Source: Candidatus Bathyarchaeota archaeon
GTDB lineage: Archaea; Thermoproteota; Bathyarchaeia; Bathyarchaeales; Bathycorpusculaceae
Direction: 5' to 3'
Assembly: GCA_026014485.1 (NCBI GenBank)
Contig: JAOZIE010000008.1
Coordinates: 160,716-224,715 of the forward strand
DNA length: 64,000 nucleotides
Positions 9,645-19,512 of the stretch are shown here, piece after piece; position 1 is the stretch's first letter, and each line of letters opens with the position of its first letter. The notes beneath the pieces are model-generated. The model was not told the DNA's origin. It saw only the letters and a program-made list of their open reading frames with translations, and did no database searches. Position numbers and translations under genes: made by a program.

Positions 9645-10675
9645 AGGAACTCTGGTTTGAAACAGCCGCAGCCGCCCAGGAAAAAGAAAGCCTGCTCCAG
9701 CAAGCCTCCAAGGTCTGCGACGCCACAGTGGAGGGCGCCCAAGCTGCCCTTGTTAAAGGCGAAGGTAACGTTGCCGTCTTGGAAGGCTTTAGCTCTCAGT
9801 CCATCACGAAGCTGAAGGGTGAGGGCAAACAGGTTGCGTTGCGAGTTGCCATACGGGGCAAAGAGGACGAGAACCAAGCTGTTGAAGCCGCTGAACTTGG
9901 AGCCGACTACATCATCATAGACTGCCTTGACTGGCGTGTTATTCCACTGGAAAACCTCATCGCCAAAACCCACGGCAAAAGCAAGCTCCTCGCCCAAGTC
10001 TCCAACGCCGAAGACGCCCGTCTGGTACTGGAAGCGCTGGAGTTGGGAACGGACGGCGTGTTGCTGAAGACCTCTAACCCTGAGGAACTGGCAAAAACCG
10101 TTGCCCTCATAAAGGACCAAACCCCAAAGCTTGAGTTGACGCATGCTAAGGTCTTGACGACTAAACCTATAGGAACTGGCGCGCGGGTCTGCGTGGACAC
10201 CTGCGACCTCATGGAGCAAGGCGAAGGCATCTTGGTGGGTTCACAGAGTGCTGGTTTGTTTCTTGTAGAGGCAGAAGTTCACGAGAATCCCTACGTGGCA
10301 TCGCGTCCCTTCAGGGTAAACGCGGGCTCCATATCCATGTACACGTTGGGTTCCCTACAGAACACTCGGTACCTGTCCGAGTTTAAGGCAGGCGACGAAG
10401 TCATCATAGTCAGCAAGGACGGCGAAGTGCGGAAAGCCAACGTGGGCAGAACCAAAATCGAATTCCGCCCCCTCATCCTTGTTGAAGCCGAAGTGCAAGG
10501 CAAAACCATAAAGACCATTCTACAGAACGCTGAAACCATACGCCTCGTCACCCCCAACGGCTCCACCCCCGTTACGGACCTGAAAGAGGGCGACGAAGTC
10601 GTAGTTCATGTGGCGGCTAAAGGCGGCAGGCACTTTGGCGTATCTGTCCCTGACGAAAAAGTGATTGAGCAATGA
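9641..10675 (+). CDS. aroB': 3-dehydroquinate synthase II (MJ1249 type, AroB')
   Basis: 344-aa ORF of the length and position expected for archaeal DHQ synthase II, between AroA' and aroD with 4-nt overlaps at both ends. I recognise no diagnostic motif. Confidence 0.75.
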   Translation: MKELWFETAAAAQEKESLLQQASKVCDATVEGAQAALVKGEGNVAVLEGFSSQSITKLKGEGKQVALRVAIRGKEDENQAVEAAELGADYIIIDCLDWRVIPLENLIAKTHGKSKLLAQVSNAEDARLVLEALELGTDGVLLKTSNPEELAKTVALIKDQTPKLELTHAKVLTTKPIGTGARVCVDTCDLMEQGEGILVGSQSAGLFLVEAEVHENPYVASRPFRVNAGSISMYTLGSLQNTRYLSEFKAGDEVIIVSKDGEVRKANVGRTKIEFRPLILVEAEVQGKTIKTILQNAETIRLVTPNGSTPVTDLKEGDEVVVHVAAKGGRHFGVSVPDEKVIEQ

Positions 10676-11334
10676 CCATGCGAATCTGCGTTTCGATTCT
10701 TCCCAAAACCGCAGCGGAAGCCAAACAGCTTCTCACCAAAGCGGAAGATTCCCACGTAGATTTCATCGAAGTTAGACTGGACAACTTAGAAAACAGCGGC
10801 AAGCTGACCGATTTGGCAGCTAACTCCAAAACGTCGCTAATCGCAACTGACCACTCACGCAGAAAAGAGGCAGACCGAAAGGCGCTTCTGCTCGCAGCGG
10901 CGAAAAGCGGCTTCCGATATGTGGATGTTGACCTGCAGACGCCCAAGCTGCAGAATTTTATAGCTGAAGCCAAAGTGGCAGGCGCCAAATGCATAGTGTC
11001 CTTTCACGACCAAAACAAAACTCCCAGTATCCCCACGTTGAACCGCATCTTAGAGCGGGAAGTCTCCAGCGGCGCGGACGTGTGCAAAATTGTCACAACC
11101 GCCACAAAAATGGAGGATAACCTTACCCTGCTGCAGTTCCTTCAGGCAGCCCCCGTCAGAAAGAAGCCTGTGTGCTTTGCGATGGGTGTATTGGGCAAGA
11201 CCTCGAGGTTGCTGTCGTCAGCGTTCGGCAGCTTCTTCACTTTTGCCTGCTTGGAGCAGGGCAGCGAAACGGCTCCAGGACAGATGACAGTGCAGGAGAT
11301 GCGGTCGGCTTACAATTTACTGGGGCTCAAGTAA
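10672..11334 (+). CDS. aroD: 3-dehydroquinate dehydratase, type I
   Basis: 220 aa. RICVSILPKT...VDFIEVRLD...FHDQNKTP...CKIVTTA pattern of type I DHQase. Confidence 0.8.
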   Translation: MTMRICVSILPKTAAEAKQLLTKAEDSHVDFIEVRLDNLENSGKLTDLAANSKTSLIATDHSRRKEADRKALLLAAAKSGFRYVDVDLQTPKLQNFIAEAKVAGAKCIVSFHDQNKTPSIPTLNRILEREVSSGADVCKIVTTATKMEDNLTLLQFLQAAPVRKKPVCFAMGVLGKTSRLLSSAFGSFFTFACLEQGSETAPGQMTVQEMRSAYNLLGLK

Positions 11335-11336
11335 CC

Positions 11337-12224
11337 ATGAACCTATCGGGAAAGACAGCGGTTTACGGCGTTATAGGTGACCCTGTAGCGCACTCTCTGA
11401 GTCCAGCGATGCAGAACGCCGCCTTCGAAGCCTTAGGGCTGAACAGCGTTTTCCTTGCGTTTCAGGTGCCCGCAGTCAAGGTGGAGTTTGCCTTGAGGGG
11501 CATGCGGGGATTGGGTATTTGCGGCTTAAACGTGACCATGCCAGACAAAAACGCCGTCATCCCCCACTTAGACGAAGTCGATGAGACAGCTCGGTTTCTT
11601 GGCTCCGTAAACACAATCCTCAACGACAGCGGCAAACTCCGCGGGTTCAGCACCGACGGCGCAGGTGCCCACCGAGCGCTGATAGAAAACGGCGCGGAGT
11701 TAGCGAAAAAAAAGCTGGTTGTCCTCGGCGGAGGCGGCGCAGCCAAAGCCGTAGCTTACACTCTTGCCCAAGAAGTCGCTGAGCTAACCCTGCTGAACAG
11801 AACACCGCAGAAACTCGCCGATTTAGCCAAAGCCATAACCCAAAAATTCCAAACAAAAGTCACCGTCGGCTCAACCTCACCAAACGAAATCCAACGCAGC
11901 CTGCAGGACGCCGACGTGCTCGTCAACGCAACCAGCGTGGGCATGCACCCGCACACGGCGCAGAGCCTTGTCAAGCCTGAATGGCTCAAACCTACCTTAA
12001 CAGTCATGGATATAGTCTACAACCCGGAGGAAACCAAGCTGGCACAGGACGCAAAAGCAGCAGGAGCACGCGTCGTCAGCGGAGTGGAGATGCTTATTTA
12101 CCAAGGCGCCGCATCGTTTGAAATCTGGACAGGCAAACCTGCCCCCGTGGAAGTAATGCGGAACGCCGCACAAAACCAGCTTAAACATAGGGCAAGCGGA
12201 GGAGATGGCATTGGGGAAAGCTGA
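11337..12224 (+). CDS. aroE: Shikimate 5-dehydrogenase
   Basis: ATG at 11337 lies 2 nt after the aroD stop. YGVIGDPVAHSLSPAMQNAAF and LVVLGGGGAAKAV (Rossmann) motifs. The 165-nt upstream extension in the ORF track overlaps aroD and is rejected. Confidence 0.9.
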   Translation: MNLSGKTAVYGVIGDPVAHSLSPAMQNAAFEALGLNSVFLAFQVPAVKVEFALRGMRGLGICGLNVTMPDKNAVIPHLDEVDETARFLGSVNTILNDSGKLRGFSTDGAGAHRALIENGAELAKKKLVVLGGGGAAKAVAYTLAQEVAELTLLNRTPQKLADLAKAITQKFQTKVTVGSTSPNEIQRSLQDADVLVNATSVGMHPHTAQSLVKPEWLKPTLTVMDIVYNPEETKLAQDAKAAGARVVSGVEMLIYQGAASFEIWTGKPAPVEVMRNAAQNQLKHRASGGDGIGES

Positions 12225-13086
12225 GGCAGTAGCTCACGGTGCAGCCACCATTGTAAACGCCATTGCTACAGGTGCGGGCGCCGCTTTCGGCGTGGATCTC
12301 TGGACAAAGGCAGAGGTTGAACTCACAAGCGAGGCAGGTTTCATCCAAGCTGAAATCATATCTGACCCCTCCGAAAGCACCCTGCTAATTGAGCGGGCGG
12401 CGATGCGGGTTCTGGAGCACTTCAAGGTAGAGCAGCAGTTCGGCGTCAAAGTGAAAACCAACTCAAACATACCCGTTGCCCGCGGCTTGAAAAGCAGCAG
12501 CGCCGCAGCGAACGCGGTTGCATCGGCGACGGTTGCGGCTTTGGGCAAGTCGCTGGACGATTTGGCGATTGTCAATTTAGGCGTGGATGCTGCTTTTGAC
12601 GCGCAAGTCACAGTGACAGGCGCCTTCGACGATGCCTGCGCATCATATTTTGGCGGAGTCACCGTAACCGACAATCTCAAGCGCAAGATAGTTAAGCGTT
12701 CAATTCTGCCCGAAGGCTTCGTTGTTCTTTTTCATGTACCCTCCAAGAAAGCGTACACGGCAAACTCCGATGTTGCTAAACTGCGGTCGATTAAGCCGCT
12801 GGTGGAAGTTGCCTACAGGGAGGCGATGCAGGGAAACTTCTGGACTGCCCTCTCACTGAACGGTTTAGTGTACTCGTCAGCGCTGGGATACGATGTCTCC
12901 GTGGCGCTGGACGCTTTGAACGCAGGCGCGGCTGCAGCGGGACTCTGCGGGAAAGGACCTGCAGTGACCGCGGTGTCTTCCCAAGACAAAGCCGAACAGG
13001 TAAAGGCGGCTCTGCAAGGGCATGAAGGCGAAGTAATCATTGCAGGACTGAACCGGCAGAAAGCCAAAGTGGTGACTAACCCTTGA
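12205..13086 (+). CDS. aroK: Shikimate kinase, archaeal GHMP-kinase type
   Basis: 293 aa. GHMP motif PVARGLKSSSAAANAV. Sits between aroE and aroA. Confidence 0.8.
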   Translation: MALGKAEAVAHGAATIVNAIATGAGAAFGVDLWTKAEVELTSEAGFIQAEIISDPSESTLLIERAAMRVLEHFKVEQQFGVKVKTNSNIPVARGLKSSSAAANAVASATVAALGKSLDDLAIVNLGVDAAFDAQVTVTGAFDDACASYFGGVTVTDNLKRKIVKRSILPEGFVVLFHVPSKKAYTANSDVAKLRSIKPLVEVAYREAMQGNFWTALSLNGLVYSSALGYDVSVALDALNAGAAAAGLCGKGPAVTAVSSQDKAEQVKAALQGHEGEVIIAGLNRQKAKVVTNP

Positions 13087-14387
13087 CCAACATGTCTGTA
13101 CCGAAAACCCAAAAGCTGAAAGGAGCCGTCTATGCGCCTCCATCAAAGGCTTACACTCAGCGGATGCTCATAGCTGCGGCGCTCTCAAACGGCGCCTCAA
13201 AAGTGTTAAATCCGCTGATTTCCGAGGACACCCAAGCAACCTTGCGTTCCGTCGAGGCTTTAGGCGCCAAAGTGCAGGCGACAGAGGACTGCTGGATTGT
13301 CCAAGGCACCAACCACATAAAAGGCGCTGAGGACCCCATTGACTGCGGGAATTCAGGCGCCACTCTGCGCTTCATGGTTCCCGTCGCTGCCCTCGCCCCG
13401 CAGCCGTCCACATTCCTGCTGGGCGCTGGCTTAGCCAAGCGTCCCGTGGAGCCCCTGCTTACCAGCCTCAAGCAGTTGGGTGCTCAAGCTGAAGTGCAGC
13501 AGGTTAACGGAAGAACCCAGGTTCGTGTGGAAGGTGGAGGCATACGCGGCGGCAAAGCCACCATGCCTGGTGACGTAAGCAGCCAGTTCGTTTCGGGGCT
13601 TATGTTCGCGTGTCCCTTGGCGGAGGCGGATACGCAGTTGACGTTGACATCGACGCTGGAATCCAAAAGCTACGTTCTCATGACCGAGAACGTTCTTGTC
13701 AAGCACGGCGTCAAAGTTGGCATATCCGAAGACTTTAGCAAAGTGAAAATCTCCGCAAACCAAGCTTACCAGCCTTTGGAAGGTGGGGTTCCAGGGGATT
13801 TCTCTTCTGCGGCTTTCTTGCTGGCGGCGGCAGCCATCACCGAATCCGAAGTCGCCGTTAAGAATCTTGATTACGGTAGCGTGCAGGGCGACAAAGCCAT
13901 CTTGCGTATCCTCAAGCAGATGGGCGTAGATGCCACGGTCTGCGAAAACCAAATCGAGATAGCTGGCACGGGCGAGTTGCTTTCCGCTGTGGATGTGGAT
14001 GCATCTGATATACCTGACCTTGTTCCCGTCTGTACAGCGCTTGCCTGCTGCGCGAAGGGCACTTCGAGAATTCATGATGCAGAGCGGTTGAGGCTGAAAG
14101 AGTCCGACAGGCTGAATTCGTTGTACGTTGAGTTGTCAAAGATGGGCGCCGACATAGCCATGGACGAGGGTAGCTTAACCGTGAATGGTCCCTGCAGGTT
14201 ACATGGCGCCGTGATTGACTCGCATAATGACCACCGTATAGCTATGGCCTGCGCCGTTGCAGCGCTGCGTGCGGACGGCGAAACCGTAATTCAGAACGCC
14301 GAGTGCGTCAGAAAGTCTTATCCGCAGTTCTTCACTGATTTAGGCTCGTTAGGAGTAGATTTGGTTGGCGGGAAACTCGATAGGTAA
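13083..14387 (+). CDS. aroA: 3-phosphoshikimate 1-carboxyvinyltransferase (EPSP synthase)
   Basis: 434 aa. PPSKAYTQRMLIAAAL, GNSGATLRF, DHRIAMA motifs. TTG at 13083 overlaps the upstream stop; ATG 13092 is an alternative start. Confidence 0.9.
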   Translation: MTNMSVPKTQKLKGAVYAPPSKAYTQRMLIAAALSNGASKVLNPLISEDTQATLRSVEALGAKVQATEDCWIVQGTNHIKGAEDPIDCGNSGATLRFMVPVAALAPQPSTFLLGAGLAKRPVEPLLTSLKQLGAQAEVQQVNGRTQVRVEGGGIRGGKATMPGDVSSQFVSGLMFACPLAEADTQLTLTSTLESKSYVLMTENVLVKHGVKVGISEDFSKVKISANQAYQPLEGGVPGDFSSAAFLLAAAAITESEVAVKNLDYGSVQGDKAILRILKQMGVDATVCENQIEIAGTGELLSAVDVDASDIPDLVPVCTALACCAKGTSRIHDAERLRLKESDRLNSLYVELSKMGADIAMDEGSLTVNGPCRLHGAVIDSHNDHRIAMACAVAALRADGETVIQNAECVRKSYPQFFTDLGSLGVDLVGGKLDR

Positions 14388-15474
14388 AGAATTCGTGGTT
14401 ACAAGCTTTGGCGAGAGCCACGGCAAACAGGTAGGTGTGGTGGTTGACGGTTGCCCAGCTGGACTGCCATTCTCGGAGACGGATGTACAAGCGGATCTGG
14501 ATAGACGGATTCCGCTGCAGAAACCCGAGCTTGTCTCAGGCAGAGTCGAGAAAGACTCAGTTCAGGTAATTTCAGGGGTCTTCAACGGCTTAACAACAGG
14601 TGCCCCCATAGCTTTAGCGGTTGAGAACAGGGAAACAAGATCCAGCGACTACGACTCCATACGGAACCTGCCCCGACCCGCCCACGCAGACTACCCCGCC
14701 ACAGTCAAGTACGGCGGCTTCCACGACTACCGCGGCGGCGGACGCTTCTCAGGCAGGCTCACCGTAGCCACCATAATGGCTGGCGCCGTAGCAAAAAAGC
14801 TGCTAGGATACTTCGGTGTAGATGTGCTTGCTTACACCAAATCCATCGGCAAAACACAAACCGATAACCCGCTAAGCCCCCAAGGCATCCGACAGAGAAC
14901 TTATTTGTCTGCGGTTCGATGCCCAGATTTGGCGTGTGCAAAGAAAATGGAGGATGCCATCTTGGATGCGCGCAAGGCAGGCGACAGCTTAGGCGGCGTG
15001 GTTGAATGTGTAGCCTTGAATGTGCCTGTGGGCGTGGGTGAGCCGTTGTTTGACGCGTTGGACGCGGATTTGGCTAAGGCGCTTTTTTCGATTCCCGCCG
15101 TGAAGGGCGTGGAGTTCGGTGCAGGTTTTGGTTTAACAAAGATGCGGGGCTCCGAGGCAAATGACGCTTATCAGATTGTCGAGGGTAAAGTTGTGACGGT
15201 GACGAATCTTGCAGGCGGCATCTTGGGCGGCATATCCTCAGGCATGCCCATCACCCTCCGAGTTGCTGTTAAGCCTACCCCGTCAATTGTAAAAGAACAG
15301 CAGACCGTTGACTTATCCAAAATGGAAAACGCCAAGATAAAGGTGGGCGGCAGACATGACCCCTGCGTGGTTCCCAAAGCGGTTCCCGCAGTAGAAGCAA
15401 CCGTAGCCGTAACCTTGGCAGACCACATGATACGGGCAGGGTTTATTCCCAAAGTCCTCAAGAGGAAAAAGTGA
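14365..15474 (+). CDS. aroC: Chorismate synthase
   Basis: 369 aa. TSFGESHG, RPAHADY, GGGRFSGR, GGRHDPCVVPKAVP motifs. Non-ATG start, overlaps the aroA 3' end. Confidence 0.9.
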   Translation: MAGNSIGKEFVVTSFGESHGKQVGVVVDGCPAGLPFSETDVQADLDRRIPLQKPELVSGRVEKDSVQVISGVFNGLTTGAPIALAVENRETRSSDYDSIRNLPRPAHADYPATVKYGGFHDYRGGGRFSGRLTVATIMAGAVAKKLLGYFGVDVLAYTKSIGKTQTDNPLSPQGIRQRTYLSAVRCPDLACAKKMEDAILDARKAGDSLGGVVECVALNVPVGVGEPLFDALDADLAKALFSIPAVKGVEFGAGFGLTKMRGSEANDAYQIVEGKVVTVTNLAGGILGGISSGMPITLRVAVKPTPSIVKEQQTVDLSKMENAKIKVGGRHDPCVVPKAVPAVEATVAVTLADHMIRAGFIPKVLKRKK

Positions 15475-15734
15475 TGGCTGACCTAAAGAAAATGCGTGGC
15501 GAAATCGACGAGGTTGACGAGCAGATTTTGCGTTTGTTAGCTGACCGCGTGAAGGTTTGCGAGGAAATCGGTTCTGCCAAGAAAGCGCAGGGACTGCCCG
15601 TGAAGAACAACGCCCGAGAAGAGGAAGTTTACAGGCATATCCGTTCGCAAGCCGTTAAACTGGGTATAGACCCTCTTAAAGTGGAAGCGGTTTACCGCCA
15701 AATAGTTAATATGTGCAGTTCCGTTCAAGAATAG
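15471..15734 (+). CDS. Chorismate mutase, AroQ class (stand-alone)
   Basis: 87 aa. MRGEIDEVDEQILRLLADRVKVCEEIGSAKK is a typical AroQ helix 1. 4-nt overlap with aroC. Confidence 0.8.
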   Translation: MMADLKKMRGEIDEVDEQILRLLADRVKVCEEIGSAKKAQGLPVKNNAREEEVYRHIRSQAVKLGIDPLKVEAVYRQIVNMCSSVQE

Positions 15735-15763
15735 AAACCAACTCTTTACGGAGAGCAACCAAA

Positions 15764-16843
15764 ATGCTATACGAGATAAACGAAAAAGCTCTGAAACTGG
15801 AAAGCGAAGGCAAACGAATAATACGCTTAAACCTAGGTGACCCCGACCTAGACACGCCCCCCGCGATAGTTGAAGCCGCATACGACGCCATGAAGGCAGG
15901 CAAAACTAAATACTCCTCGTCATACGGAGAAAAGCCGCTCCGCGAAAAAATCGCTGAACTGCACGGCGTCAAACCAGACAACGTTGTAGTTACTCCAGGC
16001 TCGAAATGGGGCGTCTTCGCAACCATGTACCTTATGTTGAGGAACGGCGGAAACGTCATCATCCCCACGCCTTACTGGACCGCCTACGGGCTCATCGCAA
16101 AAAGCTTAGGCGCCGAAACCCGCCTTCTGAAAACTGAGTTGGAAAACGATTGGAAAGTGGACCCCGCAGAGTTAGAGGCACTCATCGATAAAGACACCAA
16201 GATGATTATCCTCAATAACCCGAATAACCCAACCAGCAAAGTCATGGACGACAAAACTCTCGATGGCATAGTCGAAGTAGCCGAAAAAAGGGGCGTTACA
16301 ATTCTCTCCGACGAAGTTTACGGTGCTATCGCCTTCACGAAGACCAAAAGCATCTTGGAGTATGATGGCGGCTTCAAACACATTCTTACTAACGGGTTCT
16401 CCAAAACCTTCTCGATGACCGGCTGGCGCATCGGCTACATCGTAGCAGACAAACTGCTGGTTGACAAAATAACTAGACTAAATCAGATAACCATCAACAA
16501 CGTGCCCATATTCATCCAAGACGCCGCATTAAAGGGCATAGAACTCCGAGCTCAAATTGCCACCGCCATAAAGCAGGAGTACGAGGAACGAGCCGAAGTG
16601 GCAAGCAAAATGCTCACAGCAGCAGGTTTCTCGTTCTCAAAACCCGATGCGCCCTTCTACGTGTTCCCCAAAAAGGCAGGGTTGAACTCGGAGAAGTTCA
16701 CATTGGACCTGCTGGATAAAGGCGTCGCCATCGCACCTGGCTCGTCGTTCGGAGACTACCTCGAACACTTCCGTATTTCTCTGACTGCACCCAAAGAACA
16801 AATCGAGGAGGCGCTGAACATCATCTGCGAGGCTCCAAAATGA
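15764..16843 (+). CDS. PLP-dependent class I/II aminotransferase (aromatic/aspartate aminotransferase)
   Basis: ATG at 15764 preceded by GGAGAG. LNLGDPD, NNPNNPT, and SKTFSMTGWRIGY (PLP lysine) motifs. Confidence 0.85.
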   Translation: MLYEINEKALKLESEGKRIIRLNLGDPDLDTPPAIVEAAYDAMKAGKTKYSSSYGEKPLREKIAELHGVKPDNVVVTPGSKWGVFATMYLMLRNGGNVIIPTPYWTAYGLIAKSLGAETRLLKTELENDWKVDPAELEALIDKDTKMIILNNPNNPTSKVMDDKTLDGIVEVAEKRGVTILSDEVYGAIAFTKTKSILEYDGGFKHILTNGFSKTFSMTGWRIGYIVADKLLVDKITRLNQITINNVPIFIQDAALKGIELRAQIATAIKQEYEERAEVASKMLTAAGFSFSKPDAPFYVFPKKAGLNSEKFTLDLLDKGVAIAPGSSFGDYLEHFRISLTAPKEQIEEALNIICEAPK

Positions 16844-17712
16844 AGACGGCGATTCTGGGCGCAGGAAAAATGGGCGTCTGGTTCGCCAAATTCTGTAAAG
16901 AGAAAGGCGACCATGTGATTCTTGCGAGCAGAAACAAAGAGAAACTGGCAAAACTGGGAAAACAGCTTGACGTTGAAACCGCAGACTTCGCTCAAGCCGT
17001 GACCGACGCAGACCGCGTCATGATATGCGTGTCCATTAGCTCTTTTGAAGAAGTCGTAAAGCAGATTGCCCCCAACGTGCGGGGCGGGCAAGTCGTCATG
17101 GATATATGCTCCATCAAGGATTTTCCCGTTAAAGTCATGCATGAAAACATCCAAAACGGCTTGGTTCTGGGTACTCATCCCGTTTTCGGTCCAGGCAGCC
17201 AAGGTGTTCAGCACAAAGCCTTCATTTTAACGCCGACCAACGAGCAGGAAGCCGAATACGCCGAAGGCTTCAAGAATTGGCTACAGCAGCAGGAAGCCCA
17301 CGTGTTTATTATGCCCCCAAAAAAACATGACGAATTAATGTCTGTGGTGTTGGGGTTGCCGCATTTCTTGGGTTTAGTTGCCTGCGAAACATTGCTGGAG
17401 CAAAAAGATTTCCCCGAAACCAAACAGGTGGCAGGCACAACCTACCGTATGCTGTTTACGCTTGCAGAAGCAACGGCGATGGAGACTCCTGACCTTTACG
17501 CTAACCTGCAGATGAACCTGCCTGAAATGGGGAAAATCGAAGACCAATTCATTGCCAAAGCGCAGGAGTGGCTAAACCTCATCAAACAGAAAAACTCGCA
17601 AGCCATAATTGACCGCATGGAACAGCTTAAGGCGAAACTCCTCAAAATCGACTCTGACTTCGCCGAGTCATACGAAGTCATGTACAAAATGTTAGAATCC
17701 ACAGAAAAATAG
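16840..17712 (+). CDS. tyrA: Prephenate (or arogenate) dehydrogenase
   Basis: 290 aa. N-terminal Rossmann ILGAGKMGVWFA and HPVFGP motif. 4-nt overlap with the aminotransferase gene. Confidence 0.8.
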   Translation: MKTAILGAGKMGVWFAKFCKEKGDHVILASRNKEKLAKLGKQLDVETADFAQAVTDADRVMICVSISSFEEVVKQIAPNVRGGQVVMDICSIKDFPVKVMHENIQNGLVLGTHPVFGPGSQGVQHKAFILTPTNEQEAEYAEGFKNWLQQQEAHVFIMPPKKHDELMSVVLGLPHFLGLVACETLLEQKDFPETKQVAGTTYRMLFTLAEATAMETPDLYANLQMNLPEMGKIEDQFIAKAQEWLNLIKQKNSQAIIDRMEQLKAKLLKIDSDFAESYEVMYKMLESTEK

Positions 17713-17812
17713 TTTCTCATCGAACCTTTGTAACCAGAAATAAGTTGTGTTTTAGCCTGCTTTCTTTAAGAAAAAAGAAGTTGGGGTGAACCCTAAAGGT
17801 TCAGCGTTTTGG

Positions 17813-19441
17813 TTACTCGGTGGGTGTAGGTTCATACCTTGACAGGTAGCCTTTGGTTATCTTTTTGGGTCGGGGCTTCCACTGTGAAAGGCGGTTCTGG
17901 ATTTCTTCGTCTGAAAGCTTTACGCTTAGGACGCGGTTGGGGATGTCAATGGTTATGATGTCGCCGTTTTGGATGGCTGCTATGGGTCCGCCTTCGGCAG
18001 CTTCAGGTGCAACGTGTCCGATGCATGGTCCTCGTGTAGCTCCTGAGAAGCGCCCGTCGGTGATGAGCGCCACGGATTCGCTTAAACCCATACCTGAGAT
18101 GGTGGCTGTGGGAATGAGCATTTCGGGCATGCCTGGTCCCCCTCGGGGTCCCTCATAGCGGATAACAACCACGTCGCCAGCTACGATTTCGTGACGTTTC
18201 ATGGCTTCTTCTGCTTCTTTTTCTGACTCGTACACTTTAGCTGGACCTGAATGCCTAAGCATAGCGGCGGAAACTGCCACTGCCTTCACGACGCCGCCTT
18301 TTGGTGCAATGTTGCCTTTCAATATGGCTATACCGCCTTCTTTATGCACGGGGTTAGTTAGGGGTCGGATAACCTCGGAGTCTATGACTTGGGCGTCTAG
18401 GATGATTTCGCCTACAGTCTTGGTTGAGACTGTGGATGCGCCTTGGTTCAGGAACTGTTTAAGCACGTTCATGAGCGCTGGCAAGCCGCCTGCGTTATGC
18501 AACTCCTGCATGTCATGGTCCCCGCTGGGCACCATGTTGGATACGTGGGGAACTTTGCGGCTGATGTCATCAAACGTCATTATGGGCAGCGATACCCCTG
18601 CCTCTTTGGCTATGGCTGAAAGATGTAGCACCGTATTGGTGGAGCCTCCCAGCGCCGTGTCTACAACCACCGCGTTCTCAAAGGCTTCTTTAGTCATGAT
18701 GCTGGAGGGCTTTATGTCCTTGTTAATGAGTTCAACGATTTTTTCCCCTGACTCCTTAGCAATGTGCATTTTCTGAGCGCTGGTAGCTAACGATGTGGCA
18801 CAATACGGCAGAGACATACCTAACGCCTCAGTCATGCATGCCATGGTGTTGGCGGTGAACATGCCGTTGCAGGAGCCGCAGCCAGGACAAGCAGCATTTT
18901 CCAGCTGAGTCAACTCATCTTTGTCTATTTTACCTGCGAAAGCTTTGCCTACCGCTTCAAAGACGTTGTTCACTCCGACTTTTTTGCTTCCGACAAAACC
19001 TGACTCCATAGCTCCCCCCGTTACCGAGATTGCAGGTACATCTATGCGGGCTGCCGCCATGAGCATGCCAGGCGTGACTTTGTCGCAGTTAGAAACTAAC
19101 ACCACGCCGTCTAGGCGGTGGGCTTGTATCATGATTTCCACAGAATCCGCGATGAGTTCGCGGCTGGGCAGGCTGAAGCGCATGCCTTCATGTCCCATAG
19201 CTATGCCGTCGCAGACCGCAATTGTGTTGAATTCAAAGGGGACGCCGCCTGCGGCTCTTATGCCTTCTTTGACTGCTTCCCCGATGCTTCTCAGGTGCAC
19301 ATGACCTGGGACAATGGATGTGTAGCTGTTTGCTACGCCGATGAAAGGTTTAGACATGTCTTCATCGGTTATTCCGTCAGCTTTAAGCAGCGCTCTGTGA
19401 GGCGCTCTTTCTACTCCATGTTTAATTTCGCAGCTTCTCAA
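17813..19441 (-). CDS. ilvD: Dihydroxy-acid dehydratase
   Basis: 542 aa. [53 protein letters not shown] motifs. Confidence 0.95.
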   Translation of the reverse strand: MRSCEIKHGVERAPHRALLKADGITDEDMSKPFIGVANSYTSIVPGHVHLRSIGEAVKEGIRAAGGVPFEFNTIAVCDGIAMGHEGMRFSLPSRELIADSVEIMIQAHRLDGVVLVSNCDKVTPGMLMAAARIDVPAISVTGGAMESGFVGSKKVGVNNVFEAVGKAFAGKIDKDELTQLENAACPGCGSCNGMFTANTMACMTEALGMSLPYCATSLATSAQKMHIAKESGEKIVELINKDIKPSSIMTKEAFENAVVVDTALGGSTNTVLHLSAIAKEAGVSLPIMTFDDISRKVPHVSNMVPSGDHDMQELHNAGGLPALMNVLKQFLNQGASTVSTKTVGEIILDAQVIDSEVIRPLTNPVHKEGGIAILKGNIAPKGGVVKAVAVSAAMLRHSGPAKVYESEKEAEEAMKRHEIVAGDVVVIRYEGPRGGPGMPEMLIPTATISGMGLSESVALITDGRFSGATRGPCIGHVAPEAAEGGPIAAIQNGDIITIDIPNRVLSVKLSDEEIQNRLSQWKPRPKKITKGYLSRYEPTPTE

Positions 19442-19512
19442 TTTATGTTTCCTCTTATATATGACGCCGCAAATTTTATATTTAAGCGTGCCGCTCTTGA
19501 AAAGAGACTAAT

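Noticed and set aside
11172-11336. 55-codon N-terminal extension of the shikimate dehydrogenase ORF in the track
   Set aside because: The extension overlaps the aroD coding region. The ATG at 11337 sits 2 nt after the aroD stop and yields a canonical AroE N-terminus.
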